DNA of 64,000 nt, from NCBI GenBank assembly GCA_030264375.1, contig JASCQW010000001.1:159314299-159378298 (forward strand), given 5' to 3'. The notes below the pieces were generated by a model that did not search any database, was not told where the DNA came from, and was given only the letters and a program-made list of their open reading frames with translations. Every line of letters starts with the position of its first letter. Position 1 is the stretch's first letter. This document shows positions 22,233 to 35,012 of the stretch, piece by piece. Origin of the DNA: Carcharhinus longimanus. Lineage: Eukaryota. A program made the position numbers and the translations under genes.

Positions 22233-24694
22233 TTTTAAAAGAAAAACAAAAAGGAAAGGAGAAAAAAAAAGGTGCCAGAAAGGTAAGAGATCTTTGATTT
22301 TAAAAAGTAGTAGTTTTAGGTTAAGGAATCAATAGTAGGCCTGGTATAGCATGCTTGATAGTGGAAAGTAAAACACGGGAGGACTTGGAAGGGAGTGATC
22401 AGAGCAAAATGTGAAGGGATGCCCCACACAACATAACCACCGACTGACTGAACCAGCACAAAAATGAATCACAAGTTATTTTTGAAAGGGAATAAAGGTG
22501 ACAATAAAGATAAAAAAATGAAGGGGATTTCAATCTCATCGTACTGCTTTAAGCAACTGTTGGCTACATCCCTTGCCCGCAGTCAGGCACAGGCCTGGTG
22601 TTGGTCAGAGGCCGCGTTTGAAGTGTATTCAGTTAAAACACCGCTTTTTTAGTAAGTGCCTTGCACGATTTCCTTAGGCCTCCTGGGCCCAAAGAGGAAG
22701 GGACCTGTATCATTTAGTCTGTGGTTCCTCCATTGTTTGCAGCTCCAGATTCTTGGGAATTCCTGGAAGGACGTCTGTCGAAGGCCCTGTGCTGCCCTTG
22801 CCAGCTAAAAAGCCTCAAGGCTGGTTCATTTGGGAGCATAGTGTCCTTCGCGTGACAGCAAAATGGGAATCCAGAAAAGGACCGCCATTACGCACTGGGG
22901 TGTTGGGGGGGGGGATGTGGGCGGGGTGCAGAAGGTGGCTTGTGACTGCCCCGTAAGGGGGGGAAATAAATGACCAGGGATCAAGCTCCAGAATCACGTG
23001 CTGATTCATGAGAATACAATTCATTGAACTGCAAGATGCTTTTATTTCCAGCTTGGGTCCAAAAAAATGAAGCACTTGGAAACTTTTAAAAGGGTAAAAA
23101 TGTAACAATAAAGATTTAAAAAAAATGAAGGTGATTTCAATCAAATTAGACTGCTTGAAGCATCTTTCTCGCCTGCAGTCAGGCCCAGGCCTATTGCCAT
23201 CGTCAAAGGCCTTGCTGAACTGTCTTCAATTGAGACACAGCTTTCTAAATAAAATTAGTGGTAATAAATGTTTTAACTTCTCGTTAGACAGGGGAGGGAG
23301 GTGTGGGGGAGGCTGACTGGTGTTGGGTAGAAAGATCTTCCGAACTCTCCTGACAATCAGTTCCTAAAAATTCGGCCAGTCAGCACAGATCACTTTCTAC
23401 CATTGCAATCTCCAGCCAGAAATGTCGTCTATTTTTCACAAGTGCACTTATTATCCCTACAAATTGAACCCGTTTCCATTTGAGGCAGCGCTAGACCACT
23501 CTCACCGGCAGCTCACAAGCTTCCATTTTGAGGCCTTCCTCAGCGAACTTACTTGTTCCAGATTCGGGGTGGTGGAGAAAGAGCTGTTAACATGTGGATA
23601 AACTGATACAGACTTCAACACTGAAAGGATGCAGGATGTGCTGCAGAAAGTTTCCATTTTCTAATAAAGAATTTAAAGCTGAACCTTCCTGTGCTTCTNN
23701 NNNNNNNNNNNNNNNNNNNNNNNNNNNNNNNNNNNNNNNNNNNNNNNNNNNNNNNNNNNNNNNNNNNNNNNNNNNNNNNNNNNNNNNNNNNNNNNNNNAG
23801 GGGGGCTCAAAAATTTAGGGGCAGGTTGCTGGGTGCTTTCTCCATTTCGTCTGATCCCTTGGGGAGCTGGTATTGTGAAGTCAAACTGGATTGAAGGCTG
23901 CCAAGTTTTGGATCAATTTGGATATGAAATCAACCTTTGAATGATTTTTGCATCGCAGCATCTGTCATTTCACAAATCACACCTTCGCAGTTAATTCCTC
24001 GTTTTGTGACACAGAAATACACGATGGGGAAACGGCAGAAATATCTACTCTGGCTCCAAGAAAGAGAGCGTTGTTAGAATTTGACAGTGGCTCACTCAGG
24101 AGAAGTTTCGTCTTTGATAACTCCACCGGCTCCTGCTTTTTCTCCCTGCACACTCAAATTGAAATTGGATTTAGAAAAATGGCGGCCTTAGCCATGACCA
24201 ACTTATATCAGAAAGGTAGCATTGCACTTAAACAATCGGGGCGGGGGGGGTGCTATTTCTATCACAGGCTTTATTTAGTTTGAATTGATTTAAAAAAAAA
24301 TTCCTCAGGAAGCTTCAATTCCTGGAAGTCAAATCGAAATCTAGATTGTGCAATAGGGTTGGTGCATAGATCAACCATGGCCTGATTGAATGGTGGAGCA
24401 GGGTTCGAGGGAATTGAATAGCTTGCATCTACAAATCAAGTTTCCTGGCGGGGTTGAAAGAACCATTCCCTTTTAACGTTTTGCGTGCTACCCCACGAGA
24501 AGTGCGGCCAAGTGCTATACAGGCTGTTATGGCTGGATCATCCCTTCCAAAAGCAACAGGGGTGGGGAAGGGGGAAGGAGGAGGGGGGGGAGAGAGAGAG
24601 AGAGACAGAGAGAGAGACACGGAGTTAGGAACTGAAGGCAGGTCATTGCTGTCAGGTCTAATTCTGCAGATGAAAAGGAATGATTTGTCCATAC

Positions 24695-24718
24695 CCATAA
24701 ATTCAATTCCAAGATGCT
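24695..24718 (-). CDS. NRG1: Juxtamembrane stalk-1 microexon (K)HLGIEFM(E)
   Basis: ttctgcattggcag|AGCATCTTGGAATTGAATTTATGG|gtatgg; 24 bp, phase 1-1. Matches the NRG1 beta1 linker KHLGIEFME. Confidence 0.96.
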
Positions 24719-25354
24719 CTGCCAATGCAGAAAGTTGACAAAAATAATAAAAAAACAAGAAAAGAGAAAAAAAACACAAGGGAAAAAAAGTTTCAGAGAA
24801 AAGCAGTACAACATACTGGGGGAAAAATATCACACGAGTAACATGATTAGAGCCTGCACGTAAGAGACAATGGTGACATTCCAGAGGACACCGTGCTCAT
24901 ATAAGCTGCTTAATCCTGATGCAAAGTGCATGCTTTTCAAAAGAGGGAGAACAGATCCACACAAGCTCTAGGAGAAGAAACACCCCGAGGTCTGAAAATC
25001 TAGCCGGCAATTCTATCATCTGGAGGGACGAAATATAAGAGAACTTTCCGGTAATGATGCGAGGACATTTTGGGAATATTCAACTGATTTTTCTTTTTTC
25101 CGAGGTGTTGCGTTCCCTATCATGAGGTAGAGCGATGCCTTTCATAGTTTATCTGAACTCTGCAAGACGGCTCACTGGCTTTGCTACGACGGGTTCAAGC
25201 CCAGTTAAAAAAAAAGTTTGAAAAATTATAACATTTACATCCATGGCACCTGACTGTTGGTAACTGTGAAATTTTAAGGAGTGAGATTTATGACTAGGAA
25301 AGATGCGAATTGCAGCCTGATGTTTGTCTTCCCTTAATTAGGTATTAATTAGGT

Positions 25355-25705
25355 AGTGGTATTATTGCTAGAATATTAATCTAGAAACTCAACTAATGTT
25401 CTGNNNNNNNNNNNNNNNNNNNNNNNNNNNNNNNNNNNNNNNNNNNNNNNNNNNNNNNNNNNNNNNNNNNNNNNNNNNNNNNNNNNNNNNNNNNNNNNNN
25501 NNNNNNNNNNNNNNNNNNNNNNNNNNNNNNNNNNNNNNNNNNNNNNNNNNNNNNNNNNNNNNNNNNNNNNNNNNNNNNNNNNNNNNNNNNNNNNNNNNNN
25601 NNNNNNNNNNNNNNNNNNNNNNNNNNNNNNNNNNNNNNNNNNNNNNNNNNGATGGGCAATACATGCTGGACAACCAGCGACGCCCATGTCCCATGAATGA
25701 ATCAA
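25355..25705 (+). mobile_element. SINE family B spanning a gap
   Basis: Head GTGGTATTATTGCTAG before the gap; tail GATGGGCAATA..GCCCATGTCCCATGAATGAAT after it. Confidence 0.7.
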
Positions 25706-26689
25706 AAATCAAAAGATGTGGCATTCTTAGCCACCCCCACCCCCCCCAACACCACAAATTGAAAGGAAATTGTCCATCCCCATCCAAGTAATGGAGAATG
25801 GCAGAAGGATGTCAGGCACACTTTGAAATTCAGCGTGTCTGAATAACTTGGCGTGGAGCCAACGGATCATTTCAGTGGTGGGATTGTGGTCGGTGCAGGC
25901 TCGATGGGCTGAATGGCCTCCTTCTGCACTGTAGGGATTCTATGGTTCTATGAGATAACTTCAAAAAGGCACCGTACAAAAGCTTTATTATTTTAAGTTC
26001 AAAGTTGACGGTGATAATGGCCCTTTGGAACAAATATTATGTCAAGAAAATCGCAAATTACTACTCAAAAAAAGGCGATTTCAAAACGCTTGCCCAATTT
26101 TTTTGCCTCAAAGGGTAAATCAGAAGGATCAAACTTTGGTTTCCTCAGATAACCTGGCAGTCCTGCATGAGTACCGCTGACAATACACATTAGTTATGTT
26201 GGAAAGGAGAAACAAGGCAAGGGTTAAATAGCCAACATGCTGCAGCATGCATCCACTAATATCGCCAAATACGCTCAGACAAATGTTAGGCGGAATGACA
26301 ATCACGAGAGAGGAAAACTCATTCAGGTTAAGGGGTCAGGAAAGGGTCATCAAAAATGGGGCAAACTATAATAATTGCATGATCATTAGAATGGATAACA
26401 CAACGTTAGGGAAGCATGCTCACAGCACAGGGACTTAAAGATTCAGCATGCATCACTCATTCCACAGACATCTGAATTCTTCACTTAACCCCACCAAGCT
26501 CCGCCATTCAACTAAGGGATCGAGACAGTTGCATTAAAGAACTGGCTACAGCTATTAAAGCTATCTGGTTACTGTCAGGCTACCACTTAAAATATTTTCC
26601 ACCTTGTAAACTCCAATAAATTGGCTTCCCAACTCAAATAGGAATGCAACATGACAGTATCAATGCCAGTAAATAGGGAACATCTCAGT

Positions 26690-27435
26690 TGGGCATCATT
26701 CCTTTTCCCTAATCTAGCTGAGGGGTCAATTACCAGGGGACATAGATTTACAGTGATTGGTAGAAGGATTAGAGGGGACACCAGGAAAAACTTTTTCACC
26801 AGAGGGTGGTGGGCATCTGGAACCCATTGCCTGAGTTGGTGGTCGTGGCTGAAACACTCAACTCACTTATAAGATCCCTGGACATGCATCTGAGGTGCTG
26901 GAACCTACAAGGCTATGGACAAGGTTCTGGAAAGTGGGGTTAAAATGCGCAGCTAGTTTCTTTTCTCTCTTTTTTGCTGGCACAGAGCAGACGTCTCTCT
27001 AGAGCGTAGAAGGCTGAGGGGGAACATGACTGAGGTGTATGAGGTTATGAGGGGTATGGACAAGGCGAGTAGGCAGCAGTTGTTCCACTTGGTTGAGGGG
27101 TCAAACAGGAGGGGGCATGGCTTTAGGGTGAGGGGCAGGAGATTCAGAGGGGATTTGAGAAAACACCTTTTCACTCAGAGAATGGCGGGAATCTGGAATG
27201 CACTGCCTGGGAGGCCAGAAACCTTTAAAAAAAGGTATTTGGATGAGCACTTGAAACATCATAACATTCAAGGATATGGAAAAAGTGCTGGAAAATGGGA
27301 TTGGTGCTACTTTAGGAGTGGTGATTGTCGATGCAGAATCAATGGGCTGAAGGACATTTTTGCGCTGGATGACTTTATGATTCTAGGATGTGATGGGCTG
27401 AAAGGCCTCTTTCTGCACTGTGACCTTTCTATGGT
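26690..27435 (+). mobile_element. Two adjacent CR1 3' fragments
   Basis: EGSITRGHRFTVIGRRIRGDTRKNFFT and EGSNRRGHGFRVRGRRFRGDLRKHLFTQR motifs. Confidence 0.85.
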
Positions 27436-27607
27436 TCTAAAAGCAGCAAAACATTTAATTCTCTATTTCATGCATTAGCCAGTCAGAACAATCCAGGATG
27501 CAACACGTTTGCTGAAATGGGCAGACTGAAGGACAGTTCCTCTTCTGGATAGCTACTGTGTAAAACTACACTGACCTGGAGAGCAGATTGACACCGAAAC
27601 TTATGTT

Positions 27608-28160
27608 GAGTAGAAAGTAAAGACACCATAGTCCCAGATGACCATAGGCTGCTCCTCTCTCTGAGGGGGAGAATTGATTAGTGGTGATTTAATCTGAGGA
27701 TCACCCCACCTCAGGCGAGGAACAAGGTTGAGAATCATAGACTCCTACAGTGCAGGAGGAGATCATTCGGCCCATCAAGTCTGCACCGACCACAATCCCA
27801 CCCTGGCCATATAACCCCAGGTGTTTACCCTGCTAAATCCCCAGACATTAAGTGGCGATTTATTATGGCCAATTAACCTAACCTGCACATCTTTGGACTG
27901 TGGGAGGAAATCAGAGCACTTAGAGGAAAGCCATACAAACACGGGGAGAATGTGCAAACTCTGCACAGACAGTGACCCGAGGCTGGAACTGAACCTGTCA
28001 CCTTAGCAATGTGAGGCAGCAGTGCTAACCACTGTGCTACCATGCCGCCATGAAGGTGGGACCTTCATGAGTAACCTCAGTTGGTATAGGAATTGAACCC
28101 ATGCTTTTGGCATCGCTCTGCACCGTGAACCAGCTGTCCAGCCAACTGAGCTAAACCAGG
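27608..28160 (-). mobile_element. tRNA-headed SINE (family C) split by an HE1 SINE at about 27733-28048
   Basis: Minus-strand head GGTTTAGCTCAGTTGGCTGG...GGGTTCAATTCC at 28085-28158. The body resumes at 27608-27732 beyond a complete HE1 copy. Confidence 0.7.
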
Positions 28161-28509
28161 GTCCAAGCTGAGTACAATTTAACAAAATCATATCTCTCAG
28201 CGATGTGCAAAGCATCAACACACAACATCATTGTGTGAAATCTGACAGCACGGGACTTGTTAAAAAATTTGGTATGTTAAACTGTGCCTGTGAGGATGTA
28301 CTGATATTGAGTGGAATAGCATTCCACATAGGAAGCCTAAATCACATGTAGTCTTCCAAGTGAAAAGAAAATAAAGGGTGGGGAATAACCAGAAAAAGAT
28401 TGGCAAAATAAATTGTGTCCTTATTTTTTTATTACCATTATAATTTCCTTTGCCCAGATTTATAATAGGAACAGCCCATGGAAAATGTGTTGTATGGTTA
28501 TGAAATCTA

Positions 28510-28850
28510 GGCAGGTGGCCTAGTGGTATTATCATTAGGCCACTAATCACAGCAACTCAGTTAATGTTCTGGGGACCTGGGTTCAAATCCTGCAGATGGT
28601 AAAATTTGAATTCAATTAAAAAAACATCTGGAATTAAGAATCTACTGATGACCATGAAACCATGGTCGGAAAAACCCATCTGGTTCACTAATGTCTTTTC
28701 GGGAAAGAAATATGTCGTTCTTGCTTGATCTGGCCTATATGTTACTCCAGAACCACAGCAATGTGGTTGACTGTCAACTGCCCTTGGGCAACTAGAGATG
28801 GGCAATAAATGCCGGCCCAGCCAGTGACACCCATGTCCCACGAATGAAAA
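28510..28850 (+). mobile_element. SINE family B, full length
   Basis: GGTGGCCTAGTGG A-box, GGTTCAAATCC B-box, core, and tail CCCATGTCCCACGAATGAAAAAA. Confidence 0.85.
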
Positions 28851-29552
28851 AATAATTCTGGGCCCTCTGGTGAGTACAAATATTAACAGATAAATGGCTT
28901 ACTGGGAGCACTGCTGGGTCAAAATNNNNNNNNNNNNNNNNNNNNNNNNNNNNNNNNNNNNNNNNNNNNNNNNNACGGAAGAGATGTTCGTTCATGGCCA
29001 TTCTGTGTATCGTGTATGTTGGCTTTATCTATCCAATAGCTTTGTTTGGAAAAATAAATAAATAAATAAAGGTTCGGAGTTCTGGAATGTGCAACTGGGG
29101 AATTATCAGCTGCATTTGGCTGGAACTAGTGGACCCTTATCGTATCCTTTTCCCTTTGTTTTTTTGTAATAACACAATGATTGGGCACTCGTTGGAATGC
29201 ATATTGCCTGAGGTTGTGTCAGAGCAACACCACGTTCTGTCTGTGAGGTTACAGGAAGATTGGAGTTACGCTATCGTACTTTCGGAAGGCAAGATGTCTG
29301 AGCTGTTGTTTCCTTCATGACACTATCAGCATTCCTTAATGCTTCCTCAGTGTGCTGTTCAGACACCAGATACTGGGTCTGATACGCAGCGGCTTGCAGG
29401 CCAGAGAACCTTTTCACACATGTTCTGCTGGAGTTCCCTACCTAACAGCGTTGTGAAGGCAACATCACCACAAGGATTGTGGCGGTTCGAGAAGGAGATC
29501 TGCTCAAGGCAACTTGAGAAGAGCAATAACTAGGGAATAGTAACTAGTAACT

Positions 29553-29867
29553 AGGGTGGCACAGTGGTTAGCACTGCTGCCTCACAGTGTGAGGGACCTG
29601 GGTTCGATTCCCAGCTTGGAGTCACTGTCTATGTGGAGTTCGCACATTCTCCCCATGTCTGTGAGAGTTTCCTCCTGGTGCTCTGGTTTCCTCCCACAGT
29701 CCAAAGATGTCTGGGTTAAACTGGATTGGGCAGGATAGGCTGCCTCCTCATGTCAGGGGGATTAGCAGGGTAAATGCATGGGGTTACAGGGATAGTGCTG
29801 GGGAGGGATTGTGGTCAGTACAGACTCAATGGGCCAAATGGCCTCCTCCTGCACTACAAGATTCTAT
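29553..29867 (+). mobile_element. HE1-type V-SINE
   Basis: Head, V-domain and tail. Confidence 0.88.
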
Positions 29868-31022
29868 ATCAACATTGCCCATATTCCATAAATAAATAAA
29901 AATAATCTTTTCTGACTAAACAGGGAATGGGAGAGATACAAAGGATAATGTAAAGTGACACACTAATATATCAATTTAATAATAGCTAAGGCTTCAAAAA
30001 AATTATTGTAAACTAGCATAAAATGTCCAATCACTTTTTAACCACCAATCACTTCCCTGTTTCAGATCTCAGAGTCATAGAGGCTTACAGCATGGAAACA
30101 GACCCTTCGGCCCAACTTGTCCATGCTGCCCCTCTAGCTAAGAACTAAATGGGTGATGGCGAATCTTAAGTATAATGGGAAGTTGGAAATGTTATTGTAA
30201 AAGGACCATACTGACCTTTCCAACTACACTCACACAGAGGGAGCTATCTTTTTGCTGCAAGTAGTCTTGTAGATTCGGAACACTGCTTTGGCCCAATATG
30301 GGGTAAAGTTCTTCAGTTCACCCCTACTCTGACCTGTCGATGGCTATCATTGAATTTCTAAGCAATGTATTTCTGTCAAAGCCAGATACCCAGGCTTCTT
30401 TTATCAATCGCCTCATCTTGATCAGCGTCCTATCTCTCCCGATCCCAATTCCAAATCCTACTGTTTCTCAGCCACTACCTCCCCCCAACCTCCTGTCCAC
30501 TTTTTGCATATAATTTGTCTCCCCCAACATCTTTGTTTCCTTCACTGGGTGCGATGTTACTGGCCATTCAGGCCACGCTCTCAATGCAAAGAAGTCGGAG
30601 AATTTGGAGGCCAGTCAAGTCTCCATTCAATGCAGCAAGATGGAAAAGGCTGGCCAGTGTGAACGGTGGCAAGATTCCAGCCATTGTCTTTGTCACTCTC
30701 TCTCTCTTTCCCCTTTCCAGTATTCCTCATCCTTTCCCTTCCTCTCCTGACCCCCCNNNNNNNNNNNNNNNNNNNNNNNNNNNNNNNNNNNNNNNNNNNN
30801 NNNNNNNNNNNNNNNNNNNNNNNNNNNNNNNNNNNNNNNNNNNNNNNNNNNNNNNNNNNNNNNNNNNNNNNNNNNNNNNNNNNNNNNNNNNNNNNNNNNN
30901 NNNNNNNNNNNNNNNNNNNNNNNNNNNNNNGTCACATGTACAGTGAGAACTCATCCACAGGAAAACCTCCACTAAAGCATACACCTTTCACCCCTAAAGC
31001 ATGATCTTATTCATATAACCTT

Positions 31023-31322
31023 GGGTGGCATGGTGGCACAGTGGTTAGCACTGCTGCCTCACAGCTCCAGGAACCTGGGTTCGATTCCCAGCTTCGATCA
31101 TTGTGCAAACTCCGCACAGACATTCTCCTCATGTCTGCTCTGGTTTCCTCCACAGTCCAAGATGTGGAGATTATGTTGAGTGGCCATGCTAAATTGCCCC
31201 TTAGTGTCCCGGGTGCATAGGTTAGAGGGGTAAATATGTGGAGTGACAGGGATAGGGCCCGGGTGGGATTATTGTTGATGGGCCAAATGGCCTTCTTCTG
31301 CACTGTAGGGATTCGATGATTC
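31023..31322 (+). mobile_element. HE1-type V-SINE
   Basis: Head, V-domain and tail. Confidence 0.85.
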
Positions 31323-32024
31323 CTATAGCCTGTGCTGGACCCGTGACTGAAAATGGATTGGGTGTTAAGAGTATAAATGATACATTCACATGTTAGTAAA
31401 TCCTCGTAGAGCGATATCTCTCTCCAGGCGGTGTCCGCAAATCAAACACGGATCCATCAGTCTGGATCAACAGGACCCATTTGCAAACCCTGATAAGGAT
31501 TCCTGAGTCCATTATTTCACAATCTTGCTGTCTATTCTCCTAATGTAAACACCAAAATATCACTGCAATAAATTGTGGCGTGAGGGGGCCTGTTCTTCTT
31601 TAAGCTGTCAAAGCACTGCCTATTCTCCTGTCTTGCTTGTATTTCACAGACACTGAAGACCCTGATTAAGGCTGCTACTGTTGGGGCTGAGCTGAAGACA
31701 TTTACATATTGTTCACTGGACATTTTAGATTCCAAAAAAAAAAAGGGTTAGATCAGTGCATTAGGAGACCCACTTTCTGGGGTATTTGTATTGCAGGCTG
31801 TGTGACCATCAAGGAGCACTTTGCAACAAGGCTCACCCACCTAACTTCCCTATCTCGCCCACCATCGGAATCATAGCGGATGGGACACAGACCATACACA
31901 GATCTGTTGACTTCAGGTAGGATTTTCCAGTTTTGGGGCGCGTGTAGCCAGAAGTTACAAACTTCCTTGTTTCCCCCTCTGCACACATCAGCAAGAAATC
32001 ACTACAGAATCTACAGATACCCAG

Positions 32025-32465
32025 ATTCAAAGATCAAAGAACAAAGAAAATTACAGCACAGGAGCAGGCCCTTTGGCCCTCCAAGCCTGTGCCGACCATG
32101 CTGCCTGTTTGAACTAAAACCCCCCGATCCTTCCAGCAACCTTATCCCTCTGTTCCCATCCTATTCATGTATTTGTCAAGATGCCCCTTAAAAGTCACCA
32201 TCGTATCTGCTTCCACTACCTCTCCCAGCAGCAAGTTCCAGGCACCCTCTGTGTAAAAAACTTGCCTCGTACATTTCCTTTAAACCTTGTCCCTCGCACC
32301 TTAAACCCATGCCCCCTAGTAATTGACTCTTCCCCCTGGGAAAAAGTTTCTGATTATCCACTCTGTCCATGCTTCTCATAATCTTGTAGATTTCTATCAG
32401 GTCGCCTCTTAACCTCCGTCGTTCCAATGAGAACAAACCAAGTTTCTCCAACCTCTCCTCATAGC
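32025..32465 (-). mobile_element. CR1 LINE 3' fragment
   Basis: EKLGLFSLERRRLRGDLIEIYKIMRSMDRV motif. Confidence 0.9.
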
Positions 32466-33045
32466 TTCCTTCCTACAATTGGCATAGAAGATACTCCCTG
32501 TCATGACCAATCTTTGCCCTTTTCTGAGACTCCTTAGATCGTTACTAAAGGGCTGGTTTTTTGCAGGTGGGGAATTGGCTACAGAAGGTTGACTGACCTA
32601 TTGAGATCCTGAGCAGCTTTCCTTTCAGTTGGGTTCCCACCCATTTGATGCTTCTGCTGCAGTTAAATTTCACCCCATGACATTATTACATTGGTGATAT
32701 CAATATTCCTTTGGGTCAGGTGAGAGTGGAGGTGGGTATTGTATTAATTGGGTTAACAAGAAATCTGCTGAGTAAAATTGATGTTGACCACTCTATTTCC
32801 AACTGTGGTCTCTGTTTCTGAATATTTCTTTAATCTTGTGCATCAACCCCTCGCACAGTCCCACTTCCTAATGTCTTCCAAGATTGTCACTCCCTTGATT
32901 GAGGTGTCTAAGATTATGAGAGGTACGAATAGGGTGGGTAGGGAAAAGCCATTCCCCTTGGTTGAGGAGTCAGTCAGAGAAAGATGATTCAAATTATAGA
33001 ATGTTGCGTTCAGAAACAGACCATTCTGCCCATAAACTCCACCCT

Positions 33046-33181
33046 AGGCCAGAATTTTACAGCTGTTCACACCGGCAGGATTTTCCCATCCCGTTGCAGT
33101 GAAGAGATTTGGCTGGCCGCCAAATTCTCCAGCCTCGCTGCAGTGGGAGCATGGTGTAAACAGTCAATAAGATCGCACCCC
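33046..33181. mobile_element. MITE-like element
   Basis: GGCCAGAATTTTAC ... TAAGATCGCACCC termini. Confidence 0.6.
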
Positions 33182-33496
33182 TCATGATTTCCCCTCTGTG
33201 ACCAACCTAGCCTAATGCCATTCACCCATTTGATCCCCATATCCGTAACATCAGACCCATTCTAAAGCCATATTCCTCTTCACTCCCCATTCACTTTAAA
33301 ATTACGCCCCCACTTATCCTATCCTGCTTACTCCCTGCTCTTAATACTGTTAATATTAATGCTCCTCTATTGCTAAACTCTCCAGTTCACTCTGTTTTGA
33401 CATCAGTTTGAGACAAAAAAATTCCATAATCTCCCCACTCGCCCCTTGAAGGCTCATTTTCTCACCTCACCTTTAATTCTTTTTGTCATTGTTTTC

Positions 33497-33835
33497 AAGG
33501 GGAGACAGTAACGTGTTGGTATTGTCACTGGGCTAGTAATGTAGAGACCCAGGGTCAGGGACCAGTGTGAGAATTCCACCATGGCAGATTGTGAAATTTA
33601 AATTCAATAAAAATCTGGAATTAAAAATCTACTGATGACCATGAAACCATTGTCGATTATCATAAAAACCCATCTGGTTCACTAATGTTCTTTAGGAAAG
33701 GAAATCTGCTGTCCTTACTTGGCCTGGCCTACACATGACTCCAGCTCCAAATCAATGTCATTGACTCTTAAATTCCCTCAGGGATGGGCAATAAATCCTG
33801 CCCCAGCCAGCAGTGCCCACATCCCATGAATGAAT
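33497..33835 (+). mobile_element. SINE family B, full length
   Basis: Core and tail GCCCACATCCCATGAATGAAT. Confidence 0.85.
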
Positions 33836-33945
33836 TTAAAATAAAGTTTATGTCCTCTTATTACTATCTTGCCAATCTCGTAGAAGCAATCGATCACTTG
33901 GGACTTTAAAATAAGTCGTCACTTGACAGCACAGAACCTGAATAT

Positions 33946-34204
33946 TGTTGAAGAAAGATACAGGCTGTCAAAGCTTTTAGTCTTGCACTCTTCAGGACAG
34001 ATATGCAAGAATGCCAAATCTCAACAGGAACAACAATTTATACTGCATGAGAAGCGCGTGTTGAATTGGTATTCTTGCCAACAATTGGCATCTTCTTTCC
34101 ACATGGCATAAATTATTATTCCCTTTAGAGATTTGGTATTTTTGTGAATCTATCCTGATGAGTGCAAGTTGAAAAGCTTTGAGAGCATGTCTCTTTTTTC
34201 AGCA
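33946..34204. mobile_element. Palindromic Penelope-like remnant with degenerate hammerhead cores on both arms
   Basis: Inverted arms of about 95 bp (33946-34040 and 34109-34204). CTGATGA-GTGCAAGTT-GAAA-AGCTT at 34155-34179. Confidence 0.65.
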
Positions 34205-34809
34205 TAAGTTTTCATAGTCTCACAAACCTTTTAAGGGTTGCTGGTTAGCTGTTTGAAAAGCCCGAATTTTGAATGGCTCCCTCTAGACTGCAGCTCAATC
34301 CCTTCTTCCATTGCATTAATACTCTTCCTTAAAAGGGGCACCCAGAAAGGGGTTTCCAATTCCTTTGATATTAGTTACGTCTCTCCATACCTGCAAACGT
34401 CTGGAAACATCCACCTTTCTAATGGCCTGTATTTACACTCAGCTTTAGTTCTGGTGCATTTCCTCAGCATATCATTATTGACACCACACATCAAGGGATA
34501 AGCAGACTAAAGGATACTTTGTGCCTTCTTGGCTGATTGATCCGGGTCAGACAATGGGAAGGGTTGGATATAATGTTGGGAGTACCTAATGAACAAAGGA
34601 CACACTCAGTAAAGGGCCTGGCAAAAAACTAAATCAATTCACCCACTGCGGGAACTGTGGCGAATTCCTTTAGCATGGTTTTATTGTCCCCTGCATTGAA
34701 CTCTAACTATAAACCTTCACAAAAAAATGACATTCTCCTGTCATTTATTCCTATTTCCTTTTCTTACTAGTCCTTGACTAGGGAAACATTGAGAAGACAA
34801 TGTTTTCTT

Positions 34810-35012
34810 TTTATTCATTCATGGGACATGAGTGTCGCTGGCTGGCCAGCATTTATTGCCCATTCTAAATTGCCCAAGGGCAGTTGAAAGTCAACCACAC
34901 TGCTGCGGCTCTGGAGTCACATGTAGGCCACACCAGGTAAGGATGGCAGATCTCCTTCTCTGAAAGGACATTCGTGAACCAGATATGTTTTTCTGACAAT
35001 CCACAATGGTTT
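34810..35012 (-). mobile_element. SINE family B, 3' half ending at a gap
   Basis: Reverse tail ATTCATTCATGGGAC plus core. Confidence 0.8.
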
